DNA of 64,000 nt. Origin: Sedimentisphaerales bacterium. GTDB taxonomy: Bacteria > Planctomycetota > Phycisphaerae > Sedimentisphaerales > Anaerobacaceae. The notes beneath the pieces are model-generated. The model was given only the letters and a program-made list of their open reading frames with translations, was not told the DNA's origin and made no database searches. Shown here piece by piece: positions 50,239 to 60,460 of the stretch; position 1 is the stretch's first letter; each line of letters starts with the position of its first letter. A program made the translations under genes and the position numbers. Location of the stretch: assembly GCA_040772485.1 (NCBI GenBank), contig JAXGYC010000008.1, positions 288,001 through 352,000 of the forward strand, read 5' to 3'.

Positions 50239-50568
50239 ATGGTCGCAACGCGACAACAGGCGATGGGAGTTGCGGTCAGGGCCCGGCAGGGCTTGGAGCA
50301 ACTGTACGGCCCCCGCCTTCGTGGGGTGTATCTCTATGGCTCCGCCGCACGCGATGAGCTGACATCCGACAGCGACATCGATATCGCGGTGATTCTCGAT
50401 GAGATCCCCAACCGCTCCGCCGAGCACAAACGCACCAGCCGGCTCGGCGCCGACCTGAGCCTTGAATTCGGCACGGTCGTCCTCTTCTTCTTTGCCGAAG
50501 AAAAGGACTTCGCCGCCGGACGTTTCGCCATCCACAGAGCTATCCGAGACGAGGGCATCGCCGCGTGA
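50239..50568 (+). CDS. Minimal nucleotidyltransferase (TA pair 4)
   Basis: LYGSAARD...DSDIDI motif. Confidence 0.88.
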   Translation: MVATRQQAMGVAVRARQGLEQLYGPRLRGVYLYGSAARDELTSDSDIDIAVILDEIPNRSAEHKRTSRLGADLSLEFGTVVLFFFAEEKDFAAGRFAIHRAIRDEGIAA

Positions 50569-50939
50569 CCGAGGAAATTCAACGCCATCTAGCGCAAGCC
50601 GCCGAATGTATCGAGGACGCTCAGGTTCTTCTCGATCACGACCGTTTTGCCGCGGTGGTCACACGAACCTATTATGCGATGTTCCACGCGGCGACCGCCG
50701 CGCTGCTGCTCCACGACGTTCGGCGCAGTTCTCATCATGGCCTGCTATCAGCCTTTGCGGAGCACTTCGTCAAGACCGGACGAATAGCCCGTGAGTCCCT
50801 CGAGCATCCCCGAGAGACATTCGAGCATCGCCAGCAAACCGATTACGAACCCCTGGTGAACGTAGACCGGCAGGTCGCAAGGGAAACGCTCGATCGCGCC
50901 GTCAACTTCATCGACGCGTGCAGAGGGCTTCTGGATTGA
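50565..50939 (+). CDS. HEPN domain protein (TA pair 4)
   Basis: YYAMFHAA, SSHHG and RQQTDY motifs; GTGA overlap with the upstream gene. Confidence 0.88.
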   Translation: MTEEIQRHLAQAAECIEDAQVLLDHDRFAAVVTRTYYAMFHAATAALLLHDVRRSSHHGLLSAFAEHFVKTGRIARESLEHPRETFEHRQQTDYEPLVNVDRQVARETLDRAVNFIDACRGLLD

Positions 50940-51024
50940 CCTGGACCGATGGCTGCATCGGCTGAGCGTAGCATCCTCAAACGCCTTGACGTTCGGCGAT
51001 GGCTATTCGCACGCATCTGGTGTC

Positions 51025-51049
51025 AGGGCGAGGCATGCCTCGTCCCTAC
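51025..51049. repeat. REP family A (inverted)
   Basis: AGGGCGAGGCATGCCTCGTCCCTAC. Confidence 0.75.
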
Positions 51050-51086
51050 CCTTTGGCTGTGGGTGAAACGATAGGGATTGCGCGGG

Positions 51087-52343
51087 TTAGCGGGCGTGGC
51101 GGTGGAACTCGGGGGCTTCTTTGAGGCAGGTGCCGAGGATGCGCATGGACTTGGCGGCGGCGGTGATGCCGCAGCGTTGGACGTCGAGCGGCTCATCGCC
51201 GACTTCGGGGTAGCCTTTGTCATCAGGGGTGAGCTTCTCCCAGTTCTGAAAGAGGCGCGCCCAGTCGCTGTTGGCGATCCGGTTCATCACCCGTTTGGCC
51301 TTGAACGAGTACCAGAAGCTGTCGTGGTAGAGCACGCTGGCCAGGTACGACCAGGGCGCAAGCACGGTCTTGAGCGACCACTCGACGGGCTTCTTGAGCG
51401 GACCCCAGTAGATCAGGTGCTGCATCTTCGCAGCGAAAGTCATTTTCTTGAAAGGACCTTCGAAATGCCAGTTCTCCTGTGCGGCGTCGAGGTCTCCGAC
51501 GATCTCGATCCGGCCCGGGTCGCCGCAGCCAAGCCCCATGTCGTGGGCCAGCCTGATGTACTTGAGGTCGCGCAGCGGGTCCATGCCCATCATCTTCGCG
51601 GCCGCCGCATCGATCGCGACCTGGTCAGCGCCGGCCAGCAGCACGTTCTTGACGTGCGGGACCATGCAGCGCGGGCCGGGCCCGTCGCCCGCAAACGTCC
51701 CGTCCATCACCGCGAAGACGCCGCGATGGATCTTCTTCTGGACCATCAGCAGATCGACGAGCGTCTCGTGGATCACAGGATGCGTCCAATGCCGCTTCTC
51801 GTTCAGCAGCCCGCCGAAAGCGTTCTTCATCGCGCCCGTCGTCGTGGTGAAGACGTGCGTCTTCACCGTCGGCAGATGGATGATGTTCTCACCGATGAAG
51901 CGCTTGGGTATGCGGAACCCCTTGGGGTAGACCTCGTTGAGGCAGAGGAATTTGTCGGCCAGGTCGCCCACCGCGTCCCGGATGTGAATCCACTCCTGGC
52001 CCTCGTACAGGTGCACGTTCCGCAGTCCGTGGGCGTCGGTTACGTTGATCTGCTTGTTCTCGCGCTCGCCCAGGTGGGCGTCGATCACGACGGTGCGATT
52101 GTGGCAGCCGTGAATGAGGTTGGGGTCGTAGCCGTCCCGTTTCATCGCCCGGATTACGCCTTCGAGCTGCCAGGGGGTGGTCGAGCTGCCCGGGAAGAAG
52201 AAGTGCCACGAGATGTTGATCTTCAGGGCGGTGTCGGCGTCCCTGGCGATCACGTCCTGGTAGCCGGCCAGGTTCATCAGCCGGTGGTAGTCCTCCAGAA
52301 CCGTTCTCGGGCTGGTGCGGACGACGGCGACTTTGGCGTTCAT
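51087..52343 (-). CDS. DUF362 domain protein (putative Fe-S)
   Basis: LKIN, LPTVKTH, TGAMKNAFG, GDGP and DQVAIDA motifs. Confidence 0.85.
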   Translation of the reverse strand: MNAKVAVVRTSPRTVLEDYHRLMNLAGYQDVIARDADTALKINISWHFFFPGSSTTPWQLEGVIRAMKRDGYDPNLIHGCHNRTVVIDAHLGERENKQINVTDAHGLRNVHLYEGQEWIHIRDAVGDLADKFLCLNEVYPKGFRIPKRFIGENIIHLPTVKTHVFTTTTGAMKNAFGGLLNEKRHWTHPVIHETLVDLLMVQKKIHRGVFAVMDGTFAGDGPGPRCMVPHVKNVLLAGADQVAIDAAAAKMMGMDPLRDLKYIRLAHDMGLGCGDPGRIEIVGDLDAAQENWHFEGPFKKMTFAAKMQHLIYWGPLKKPVEWSLKTVLAPWSYLASVLYHDSFWYSFKAKRVMNRIANSDWARLFQNWEKLTPDDKGYPEVGDEPLDVQRCGITAAAKSMRILGTCLKEAPEFHRHAR

Positions 52344-52690
52344 CGGTGCCTCACGTCTCTATGAGAAGCGTGCTGCCGCGCGGATTCAGGTCCTGTTCTC
52401 GGCGGGCTTCTTGACGAGCTTGTTCACACAATGGGCGCTGCCCTTTGGCAGTCGCGACTTCTCCAGATATCGTTCGAATTGTAGGACAAGTCCAGCGGAA
52501 ATGCAAACCGGATGTCCGCAACGCGCCGGGCCTTGCGGATCGTGACCTGCGGCGTCGCTTCTGCCATTACCTGCTTGCGATCGGCGATCCTCGGCCACAT
52601 AATGCACCCGAACTGGACCCGACGGCGCAAACCGACTGCGAGGTGACCAAGCTCGGACCACAGAACAGAAGCGACAAAGGAAACACAGCT

Positions 52691-52882
52691 ATGGGCGCAC
52701 TATGGGAGATCGTGCAGAGCGGCCTGATGTACGGGCAATACCGCAAATCCGAATCCGTCGAGGAACGGGTGGAGGCCCTTGAGAGTCACCTGCGCGCCAC
52801 CCAGGACACGCTGCGAACTCTGGTCAAGAAGCTGGAGGAGCTTCACGGAATCGACATCGACCAGGACGGCAAGATCGGTTGA
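52691..52882 (+). CDS. Small coiled-coil hypothetical protein (63 aa)
   Basis: AAAGGA RBS; EERVEALE coiled coil; DIDQDGKIG EF-hand-like end. Confidence 0.7.
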   Translation: MGALWEIVQSGLMYGQYRKSESVEERVEALESHLRATQDTLRTLVKKLEELHGIDIDQDGKIG

Positions 52883-52922
52883 CGCGTCACGTGACACACC
52901 GGCACAGGTTTCTCTCGGGCGA

Positions 52923-53534
52923 TCAGTCCAGCCGGGTCAGGTAGATGTTGCGAAAGCGGTACTGTCCGCCGCCCGGCACCTCGGCCTGAAGCGCGATGTA
53001 ACCCGTCGCCGGGCCGGCCAGGCCATCCGCTTGCCAGGCGGGCACGCCGTTGATGACCAGCGAGGCTTTCGTGCCCTGCACGGTGAGTTTGAAAGCATTC
53101 CACTGCCCGGCTTTCGTCAGCCCTTCGCTTCGGGCCCCTTCCAGCGACGTGACGTTGCCTTCCTGGCCTTTGAGCAGATTGACCTGATGACGCTCGGGCC
53201 ACGGTTGGCCTTCGGGCACGGAATCGTAACGGAAGTAAACGCCGCTGTCCCACCGGTCCTGACGCAGGGCCTTCCACTCGAATTCGAGAACGAAGTCGCC
53301 GTACTGGTCCTGCGTCTGCACGAGGCCGTTGCCGGCGACGAGGAGGATGTCCCCATCGTCGACGGTCGCCTCGCACTTGAGGACCGTCCAGCCGTTCAGC
53401 GTCAGGCCGTCGAAGAGGGCCACGCGTTCGGCCTTCGGCGCCATCGAGTCTCTGTCCTTCTTCAGGCCGGCGCAGGAGGTCACCAGCGCCACGACCGCCA
53501 GAATCACCATGCTGTGCAACATCGACGTCTTCAT
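52923..53534 (-). CDS. DUF1080 (3-keto-disaccharide hydrolase family) lipoprotein
   Basis: Lipobox VTSC; LFDGLTLNGW, DSGVYFR, GYIALQ and FRNIYL motifs. Confidence 0.9.
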   Translation of the reverse strand: MKTSMLHSMVILAVVALVTSCAGLKKDRDSMAPKAERVALFDGLTLNGWTVLKCEATVDDGDILLVAGNGLVQTQDQYGDFVLEFEWKALRQDRWDSGVYFRYDSVPEGQPWPERHQVNLLKGQEGNVTSLEGARSEGLTKAGQWNAFKLTVQGTKASLVINGVPAWQADGLAGPATGYIALQAEVPGGGQYRFRNIYLTRLD

Positions 53535-53644
53535 ACGATCTCCCAGTTTTCCTACCTTGCGCCGGTGGCAGCCAGGCCCCGGAGCCATCCCCAATCCGCC
53601 TGCGGCGGATTGAAGCTGCCACACGGCCGCCGTCGCGCGATGTC

Positions 53645-54133
53645 TTACATGTCGCCCTTGCCCTGTCGCGGCATGGCGATAGTCCCGGTCCGCGCGACGC
53701 TCTTGATGCCGTAGGGCTTGCAGACGTTGATGAACGCGTCGATCTTGGTCTCGGGTCCGCTGACCTCGACCATGATGGACTTGAGGCCGATGTCGACGAC
53801 CCGACCACGGAACATCTCGATCAGCGCGAAGATCTCCGGCCGCTTCTCCGGCGGCGCCGAAACCGTGATCAGCATGAGGTCGCGCGCGACCACCGGCTGA
53901 CCCGCGAAGTCCTGGACTTTCACGACCGGGACGATCTTGGCCAGTTGCTTGCGCACCTGCTCGAGGACCTTGTCGTCGCCGATGACGACGATCGTCATGC
54001 GGCTGAGATCGGGGTCCTCGGTGCGTCCGACGACCAGCGAATCGATGTTGAACGCGCGTGCCGCGAACATCCCTGCGACATGGGCCAGGACGCCCGGCTT
54101 GTTTTCGACGAGAGCACTAATTATGTGTTTCAT
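53645..54133 (-). CDS. ilvN: Acetolactate synthase small subunit
   Basis: LVENKPGVL..AFNIDSL ACT domain; VARTG. Confidence 0.95.
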   Translation of the reverse strand: MKHIISALVENKPGVLAHVAGMFAARAFNIDSLVVGRTEDPDLSRMTIVVIGDDKVLEQVRKQLAKIVPVVKVQDFAGQPVVARDLMLITVSAPPEKRPEIFALIEMFRGRVVDIGLKSIMVEVSGPETKIDAFINVCKPYGIKSVARTGTIAMPRQGKGDM

Positions 54134-54160
54134 GAAAAACCCCGCTTTCTGTGCAGTCGG

Positions 54161-55891
54161 TTAGATGAGTCGTTCGAGAATATCCAGGCCATCCATTTCG
54201 TTGAGGCTCTTGCCCGCCGGAACCATCGGCCAGACGTTCTCCTCGGCCTCGACGTGGAAGTTCACCACGCAAGGCTTCTTCTCCGCGAGCATCCGCTCGA
54301 TGACCTTGGGGATGTCCTCTTTCTTGTCCACAGTGATCCCTACCGCGCCCATAGCCTGGGCGACGGCGGCATAGTCGGGGTTCTTCAGATAACTACAGGC
54401 GTAGCGCCGGCCGTAGAACAGTTCCTGCCACTGGCGCACCATGCCCATGTAGCCGTTGTTCATCAGGCAGACCTTGATCGGCAGTTCGTATTGGACCGCG
54501 GTCGCCAGCTCGGTCATGGTCATGTTGAAGCTGTGGTCGCCGTCGATGTCGATGACGGTGGCGTCCGGCCTGGCGATCTGGGCGCCGATGGCCGCCGGCA
54601 GACCAAAGCCCATCGTGCCCAGCCCGCCGGAGGTGATGAACTGGCGAGGCTTGATGAACCGGTAGAACTGCGCCGCCCACATCTGGTGCTGACCGACGCC
54701 GGTCGCGATGATCGCATCGTTCTTCGTCTGGCGGCACAGCTCTTCGATAATGTACTGCGGTTTGATCCGGCCGGAGTTGCCGTCGTACTTGAACGGGAAC
54801 TTCTTCTTCCACTCGGCGATCCGGGCGAACCACGCCTCGCGCGGCCGATGCTCGACCTCCTTGGTCAACTCCGCCAGGATATGCTTAGCGTCGCCGACCA
54901 CCGGGATGTCGACGTGGACGTTCTTGGAGATGCTGGCCGGGTCGATGTCGATGTGGATGATCTTCGCATTCGGCGCAAACGTGCTCAGCTTGCCGGTGAC
55001 GCGATCGTCGAAACGGGCGCCGACCGCGATCAGCAGATCGGCCTCCTGGACCGCGTAGTTGGCATACGCCGAACCGTGCATGCCGAGCATGTCCAGCGAC
55101 TCAGGATGTCTCTGGTCGATGCTTCCCAGCCCCAGCAGCGTCATCGTCACGGGCAGATGCGCCTTCTCGGCGAAGGCACGCAGCTCTTCGGCCGCGTTGG
55201 CGATAATGACTCCGCCTCCAACGTACAGCACGGGACGTTGCGACATGTTGATTGCCTCGGCGGCCGTCGAGATCTGCCGGGCATGGCCCTTGGTGCGGAT
55301 CTTGTATCCCGGAAGGTCGATCTGCGCCTTCCCGTTGCCGCGATGCTTGCTGACCTCCACGTCGACGGGCAGATCGATCAGGACAGGCCCGGGCCGCCCG
55401 GTCGAGGCAATGTGAAACGCCTCGCGAATCGTGCGCTCCAGATCCCTGACGTCCTTGACGATGCAGTTGTACTTCGTGATCGGCCGGGTGATCCCCGTGG
55501 TGTCGGCCTCCTGAAAGGCATCGTTGCCGATCAGCTCGGTGCGGACTTGTCCCGTCAAGGCAACCATGGGGATCGAATCCATCATCGCGGTGGCCAGACC
55601 GGTGACCAGGTTGCACGCGCCGGGCCCGCTGGTGGCCAGAACCACGCCGACCTTGCCGCTGGCACGGGCATAGGCGTCGGCCATATGGCAGCCGCCCTGC
55701 TCATGACGCGGGACGAAGAATCGGATCGGGGCGTCGTAGAGCCGGTCAAACAGCGGCAGAACCACTCCGCCGGTGTAGCCGAACATGACTTCGACCCCGA
55801 GATCGACGAGCGTGTCGACGATGATCTGGGCGCCGGTGCGTTCCGGCAGGTTCTCGGCAACGGGGGCCGATTCAGGCGAATTCGATGGCAT
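54161..55891 (-). CDS. ilvB: Acetolactate synthase large subunit, biosynthetic type
   Basis: RHEQ, TSGPGA, GMHG, RFDDR, GQHQMW, GTMGFG and GMVRQWQ motifs. Confidence 0.96.
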   Translation of the reverse strand: MPSNSPESAPVAENLPERTGAQIIVDTLVDLGVEVMFGYTGGVVLPLFDRLYDAPIRFFVPRHEQGGCHMADAYARASGKVGVVLATSGPGACNLVTGLATAMMDSIPMVALTGQVRTELIGNDAFQEADTTGITRPITKYNCIVKDVRDLERTIREAFHIASTGRPGPVLIDLPVDVEVSKHRGNGKAQIDLPGYKIRTKGHARQISTAAEAINMSQRPVLYVGGGVIIANAAEELRAFAEKAHLPVTMTLLGLGSIDQRHPESLDMLGMHGSAYANYAVQEADLLIAVGARFDDRVTGKLSTFAPNAKIIHIDIDPASISKNVHVDIPVVGDAKHILAELTKEVEHRPREAWFARIAEWKKKFPFKYDGNSGRIKPQYIIEELCRQTKNDAIIATGVGQHQMWAAQFYRFIKPRQFITSGGLGTMGFGLPAAIGAQIARPDATVIDIDGDHSFNMTMTELATAVQYELPIKVCLMNNGYMGMVRQWQELFYGRRYACSYLKNPDYAAVAQAMGAVGITVDKKEDIPKVIERMLAEKKPCVVNFHVEAEENVWPMVPAGKSLNEMDGLDILERLI

Positions 55892-56016
55892 TTTCGATCT
55901 CCTTTCCCATCAGCACGACACCGGGGGTTACCCGCGTCGTGACTTTCTACTGTGGCACGGCAGGCCCTTCGGCAGCCTATCCGACAGGACCTGCGCTCCG
56001 GGCGAACACCCGGAGC

Positions 56017-57747
56017 CTACACGGCGCCGGCAGGCAACGGCAGCCCTTCCATCTCGTGGAGGCCCTTGCCGGCCGGAACCATCGGCCAGACATTCTCATG
56101 GGCCTCGACGTGAAAATCAACTACGCAGGGGTTTTTCTGGGCCAGCATCCGATCGATCGCGGCCCCGACACCGGCCTTGACATCCACGGTGATCCCCGTC
56201 GCGCCGACCGCCCGAGCGTACGCGGCGTAATCCGGGTTGCTCACGCGGCTGTGAACGTAACGCCGATCGTAGAACAGCTCCTGCCATTGGCGAACCATCC
56301 CCATGTATCCATTGTTGAGGATGCATATCTTGATCGGGAGCTGGGCCTGGACGGCCGTCGACAGCTCGGACAGCGTCATGTTGAAACTGTGGTCGCCGTC
56401 GATGTCGATGACCGTGGCCTCGGGCCGGGCCAGTTGCGCGCCGATGGCGGCCGGAAGGCCGAAGCCCATCGTCCCCAGGCCGCCCGAGGTGATCAGTTGC
56501 CGGCCTCGCCGGAACCGGTAGAACTGAGCGGCCCACATCTGGTGCTGGCCGACGCCGGTGGTGATGATGGCCTCGCCGCTCGTCCGCCGGCACAATTCCT
56601 CGATGACGTATTGCGGCTTGATTGCTGACGCCGCGCGATCGAAGTCCGGGGTCCACGCATCCTTCCATGCGGAGATTTGCGCGAACCATGCGGCCCTCTC
56701 ACGGAACCTGACGTGGCGAGCCAGCCCCGAAAGGACGGTCTTGGCGTCGCCCACGATGGGGATGTCCACGCGAACGAGCTTCGCGATGCTCGCCGGATCG
56801 ATATCGATGTGAATCACCCGGGCCTTGGGAGCGAAGCTCCTGACGTCGCCGGTGACGCGGTCGTCGAACCGCACGCCGACGGCGATCAGAAGGTCGCACT
56901 CCTGAACCGCGTAGTTGGCGTACGCGGTTCCGTGCATGCCGAGCATGTCCAGAGACTCGGGCAAGGTCTGCTCGTAGCTGCCCAGTCCCATCAGCGTCAT
57001 GGCGACCGGCAGGTTGGCCTTGCGGGCCAATTCTCTCAGCTCGCCTGTGGCGTTGCCGCTGATGACTCCGCCGCCGGCCAGGAGGACGGGGCGCTGAGCC
57101 TGATCGATGGCTTCGGCGGCTTGGACAATCTCCGTCGTATCGCCGACCGTGCAGACCTTGTAGCCGGGCAGATCGATCTGAGGCGTGGGTTCAGACTGAC
57201 ATGCGGCGAATTCGAGGTCCACGGGCAGGTCGATCAGGACAGGTCCGGGCCGACCGGTCGAGGCGATGTAGAAAGCCTCGTGGATCGTGCGAGCCAACTC
57301 CTTGATGTCCTTGACGATGTAGTTGTGCTTCGTCACGGGACGTGTGATCCCGACCATCGGGGCTTCCTGGAACGCATCACCGCCGATCAGGTCGGTTCGG
57401 ACCTGCCCGGTGATGGCCACCAGCGGGACCGAATCCATCATCGCGGTGGCCAGACCCGTCACGAGGTTGCACGCGCCCGGGCCGCTGGTGGCGATAACAA
57501 CGCCCGTCCTGCCGCTGGCACGGGCGTAGGCGTCGGCCATGTGGCAGCCGCCCTGCTCGTGACAGGGTACGACGAAACGAATCGGCGCCGCGTGCAAACG
57601 ATCGAACAGGGGCAGCACGGAGGCGCCGATATAGCCGAAAACGGTGTCGACGCCGTGCGCAAGTAACGCATCGACAACAACTTGGGCGCCGGTTCTGCAG
57701 GCTGGAGGTGCGGCCGGTCCGGCCGAGACAGGGTGCTCAGACGACAT
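56017..57747 (-). CDS. ilvB: Acetolactate synthase large subunit, second tandem paralog
   Basis: Same motifs and same length (576 aa), with CHEQ and GYIGAS variants. Confidence 0.92.
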   Translation of the reverse strand: MSSEHPVSAGPAAPPACRTGAQVVVDALLAHGVDTVFGYIGASVLPLFDRLHAAPIRFVVPCHEQGGCHMADAYARASGRTGVVIATSGPGACNLVTGLATAMMDSVPLVAITGQVRTDLIGGDAFQEAPMVGITRPVTKHNYIVKDIKELARTIHEAFYIASTGRPGPVLIDLPVDLEFAACQSEPTPQIDLPGYKVCTVGDTTEIVQAAEAIDQAQRPVLLAGGGVISGNATGELRELARKANLPVAMTLMGLGSYEQTLPESLDMLGMHGTAYANYAVQECDLLIAVGVRFDDRVTGDVRSFAPKARVIHIDIDPASIAKLVRVDIPIVGDAKTVLSGLARHVRFRERAAWFAQISAWKDAWTPDFDRAASAIKPQYVIEELCRRTSGEAIITTGVGQHQMWAAQFYRFRRGRQLITSGGLGTMGFGLPAAIGAQLARPEATVIDIDGDHSFNMTLSELSTAVQAQLPIKICILNNGYMGMVRQWQELFYDRRYVHSRVSNPDYAAYARAVGATGITVDVKAGVGAAIDRMLAQKNPCVVDFHVEAHENVWPMVPAGKGLHEMEGLPLPAGAV

Positions 57748-57973
57748 ACGCTATTTCCTTTCCCGATCAACACGTCGGGCTCCTACCGTCAGGGGCCCTT
57801 TGGTCATTCCGGTGGACCGTGGCTTCGAGAGGCTCCTCCCGGCGACCAACCGCTCTTGCTCTGAAAAGCGGCCGATGCACCCGGAGATACGTGCTCTGCC
57901 ACGACCCCGTAACCATCCCAGACAAACTGGGATGCACCAGGATCATTCACCCGCGCTCATGCACGGAACACAT

Positions 57974-58002
57974 ACCATACGAATGTCGGCTCGTATTGTC
58001 AA
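57974..58002 (-). promoter_or_regulatory. Sigma70 promoter of the ilv operon with a palindrome in the spacer
   Basis: TTGACA-17nt-TATGGT; ATACGA-N8-TCGTAT inverted repeat. Confidence 0.6.
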
Positions 58003-58145
58003 GCGCTTTCGCGATCCAGGTCAGAAATCTACGTATTTCTACTTATGTCCGGCTTGGGGCCAGGACGATGCTAATAGGAGGACAAGGCATCATGGTTCGG
58101 CTGACTCACGCCGTCTATTATCGGAAGGTCTTTATAGCCTTTGGC

Positions 58146-58180
58146 TTGCAATCGTCGAGCCCTATGCTATAATGGGCTCG
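58146..58180 (+). promoter_or_regulatory. Promoter of the ECF sigma gene
   Basis: TTGCAA-16nt-TATAAT with TG extension; -10 enclosed by CGAGCCC...GGGCTCG. Confidence 0.6.
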
Positions 58181-58236
58181 GTCGTGATGCGTGTTCTTCG
58201 CATTGCGGTCCGAGTGGGGTTTGGAGCAAGAAAACG

Positions 58237-58776
58237 GTGGCAGAATACTCTCAGAACGGCATCTCTGGAAAAGCGGCCGTCGATGCGGCGTGGGTCCTCT
58301 TCCGTGAACACGGCGCATTCATTCGCGCCGTCATTCGTTTCCAGGCCAAGAATGAGTTTCAGGAAGACGACCTGTATCAGCAGTTGTTTCTCTCGCTGGT
58401 GAGCAGGCCCATGCCCCCAGAGGTCGAGAACGTCAAGAGCTATCTTTATCGGGCCATTGCCAACGATATTGTCGATACGGCGCGGCAGAAGGCCCGCCAG
58501 CGGAAGCATTTTGAAAAACTTGCCGAAGAATTTCGGAATTCCATCCACAAAGAGGCACCGGCGGACGCTTTCCTGGGAGTAGGTGATGGCGATGCCGCGC
58601 TCGCGTGCCTGACCCGCCATTTGCGCAAGAGAGAGGCGCAGGCTGTCGTTATGCGGTACCAGGATGATCGGAGCATCCCGGAGATCGCGCGCGTGATGGG
58701 CGTTGACAGGCGGACTGTCAGCCACTATCTGGCCGCAGCGCTGAGGCAGTTGAGGAGAATGTGTGCAATTGAATGA
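58237..58776 (+). CDS. ECF RNA polymerase sigma factor
   Basis: EDDLYQQLF, SYLYRAIAN.IVD and EIARVMGV..RTV motifs; GTG start. Confidence 0.85.
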   Translation: MAEYSQNGISGKAAVDAAWVLFREHGAFIRAVIRFQAKNEFQEDDLYQQLFLSLVSRPMPPEVENVKSYLYRAIANDIVDTARQKARQRKHFEKLAEEFRNSIHKEAPADAFLGVGDGDAALACLTRHLRKREAQAVVMRYQDDRSIPEIARVMGVDRRTVSHYLAAALRQLRRMCAIE

Positions 58777-58785
58777 GGGATAGGG

Positions 58786-60453
58786 ATGGTTGCGTTCGAC
58801 GGAAGCGAGTCGTGTCGAGAGGCGGAAGCGTACTACCATGATTATCTCCAGGATCCACGGGATCCTTCCGTTCCGCGGTCTGTAGCAGACCACATTGAGG
58901 GGTGCGCCTACTGCCAAGGCCGGGTCCGGTCGCTTCGTGAAGCGCTGTGCGGCCTGGACAGGAGTCCGCAGCCGACGCCGGCCGAAAGGGATCTGCGACT
59001 CATCGATGAACTCCAGTCGCATTTCGAATACGTCGATGAGCCACTCGCTTGCGCGCAGGTCAAGCCGTTTCTGTGCCGCCTTCTGTCTCCATCCGTAAGG
59101 ATCCGGATACCGACGCCAATCACGGTCCACATCGACCAATGTGCCGCCTGTGCGAAGGATCTCGAATCGCTCAGGCAGCTCGATCTTGACGCCGAGCGGT
59201 TGGCCCGCCTGGGGGCGCTCCTGGAGCAGCATCGACAGGAGGACCCCTGCCTGTGCCTGCGAGCGCGGTCGCATGCGGCTGCTCTGGCCTTGCTCTCGCC
59301 TGAGAGCATGTCACCGGAGATCCTCGACCACGTGTGCATGTGCGCGCATTGCCGCCACGAGGTGTATCGCCACCGGCAGCATCTTCTCGACCACGCTCGG
59401 CCCTCGCAGCCCCAGACCAGATTGTCAGTATGCGAACAGATCACGACGTCCGATTTGTTGGATTGGGCCGTTCCGTGTGGGCTGCGGCCTGAGTTCTTCT
59501 GGACGGAACGGCAACAGGCCCTTCGCGAGCACATCCGTTCCTGTCCGTTGTGCCTGGAGAGAATGCAGCAGATTCATCGCGTCGTCGCGGACATTGCCGA
59601 GCGGGCCGATTCCGGCGTCACCACGGTGTACGCCCCGGAAGACTACGCGGAAATGCCTTTCGACGACGCAGGGACGACCTCTTCTGAAATCTGCCCGCTC
59701 GACGTCCAGGTCGCTCGTCGTGACATAGCGGTTGCTTCGAAGTCTCTCGGAATCGCAGGCCGTCTGAAACGTCGGGTCTCCGGAACGGCAAGCGATCCGC
59801 TTGCCAGGATCGCTTTCCTGGCGGCGGCGATGATCCCGCTGGCAGTTCTGTTCGTCCGGAGCCTGCCGGCGGCGTCCGCGCTGAGTATCCGCCAGGTCGA
59901 CCGCGTCCTGGCCAAGGCCCAAACCGTGCACGTGTCGGTGTTCGGGCAAGACAAGGCCGAACCCATCCAGCAGTTGTGGATTTCCCGCGCCGAGGGGCTG
60001 GTCATATCCGAGCTGGCGTCGGAGCGCATGATTCACAATTTGCGCAGCGGTCAGACGACGATCATCCCGGCCGCGCGAGGGACGTTCGAACACGTGGAAC
60101 TGGACCGCAGCGAACGTGAGAAGATCGAGCGCTCGGCACGTCGCTTCCTGGAATTCTCACTGGACAACGCTCCCCTGGACGCAGAAATGACCTTCCGGCC
60201 GGAGGCTGTTTCGCCGGCCGATGTCGGACTCGAAATATACGAACTGGCTTGGGACCAAGCGTCTGATATCGGAACGTCGCTGCCCAGAAGACTGCGGCTC
60301 TACATCGATCCTGTCACGAGGCTGCCTCTTCGACAGGAGTTCTCGTCGTGGGTCCTTGCCATAAACGCATGGCGTGTGCAGACGACCGTGTACGAGTATC
60401 CGGATGAGGAGAAGATCGAGGCGCGCCGTCAGGCGCTGCTGTCGGCAAATTAA
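58786..60453 (+). CDS. Membrane anti-sigma factor with four zf-HC2 (ZAS) motifs and a periplasmic domain
   Basis: Four HxxxCxxC motifs, one TM, beta-rich C-domain; starts 9 nt after the sigma gene. Confidence 0.75.
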   Translation: MVAFDGSESCREAEAYYHDYLQDPRDPSVPRSVADHIEGCAYCQGRVRSLREALCGLDRSPQPTPAERDLRLIDELQSHFEYVDEPLACAQVKPFLCRLLSPSVRIRIPTPITVHIDQCAACAKDLESLRQLDLDAERLARLGALLEQHRQEDPCLCLRARSHAAALALLSPESMSPEILDHVCMCAHCRHEVYRHRQHLLDHARPSQPQTRLSVCEQITTSDLLDWAVPCGLRPEFFWTERQQALREHIRSCPLCLERMQQIHRVVADIAERADSGVTTVYAPEDYAEMPFDDAGTTSSEICPLDVQVARRDIAVASKSLGIAGRLKRRVSGTASDPLARIAFLAAAMIPLAVLFVRSLPAASALSIRQVDRVLAKAQTVHVSVFGQDKAEPIQQLWISRAEGLVISELASERMIHNLRSGQTTIIPAARGTFEHVELDRSEREKIERSARRFLEFSLDNAPLDAEMTFRPEAVSPADVGLEIYELAWDQASDIGTSLPRRLRLYIDPVTRLPLRQEFSSWVLAINAWRVQTTVYEYPDEEKIEARRQALLSAN

Positions 60454-60460
60454 CGCCGTC

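Noticed and set aside
52386..52661. Short minus-strand ORFs upstream of the DUF362 gene
   Set aside because: No RBS or recognisable motif, and the frames conflict; at most a gene remnant.
53565..53621. Palindrome GTGGCAGC...CAATCCGCCTGCGGCGGATTG..GCTGCCAC after ilvN
   Set aside because: Single copy in the window; cannot be told apart from a terminator-like hairpin or another repeat family.
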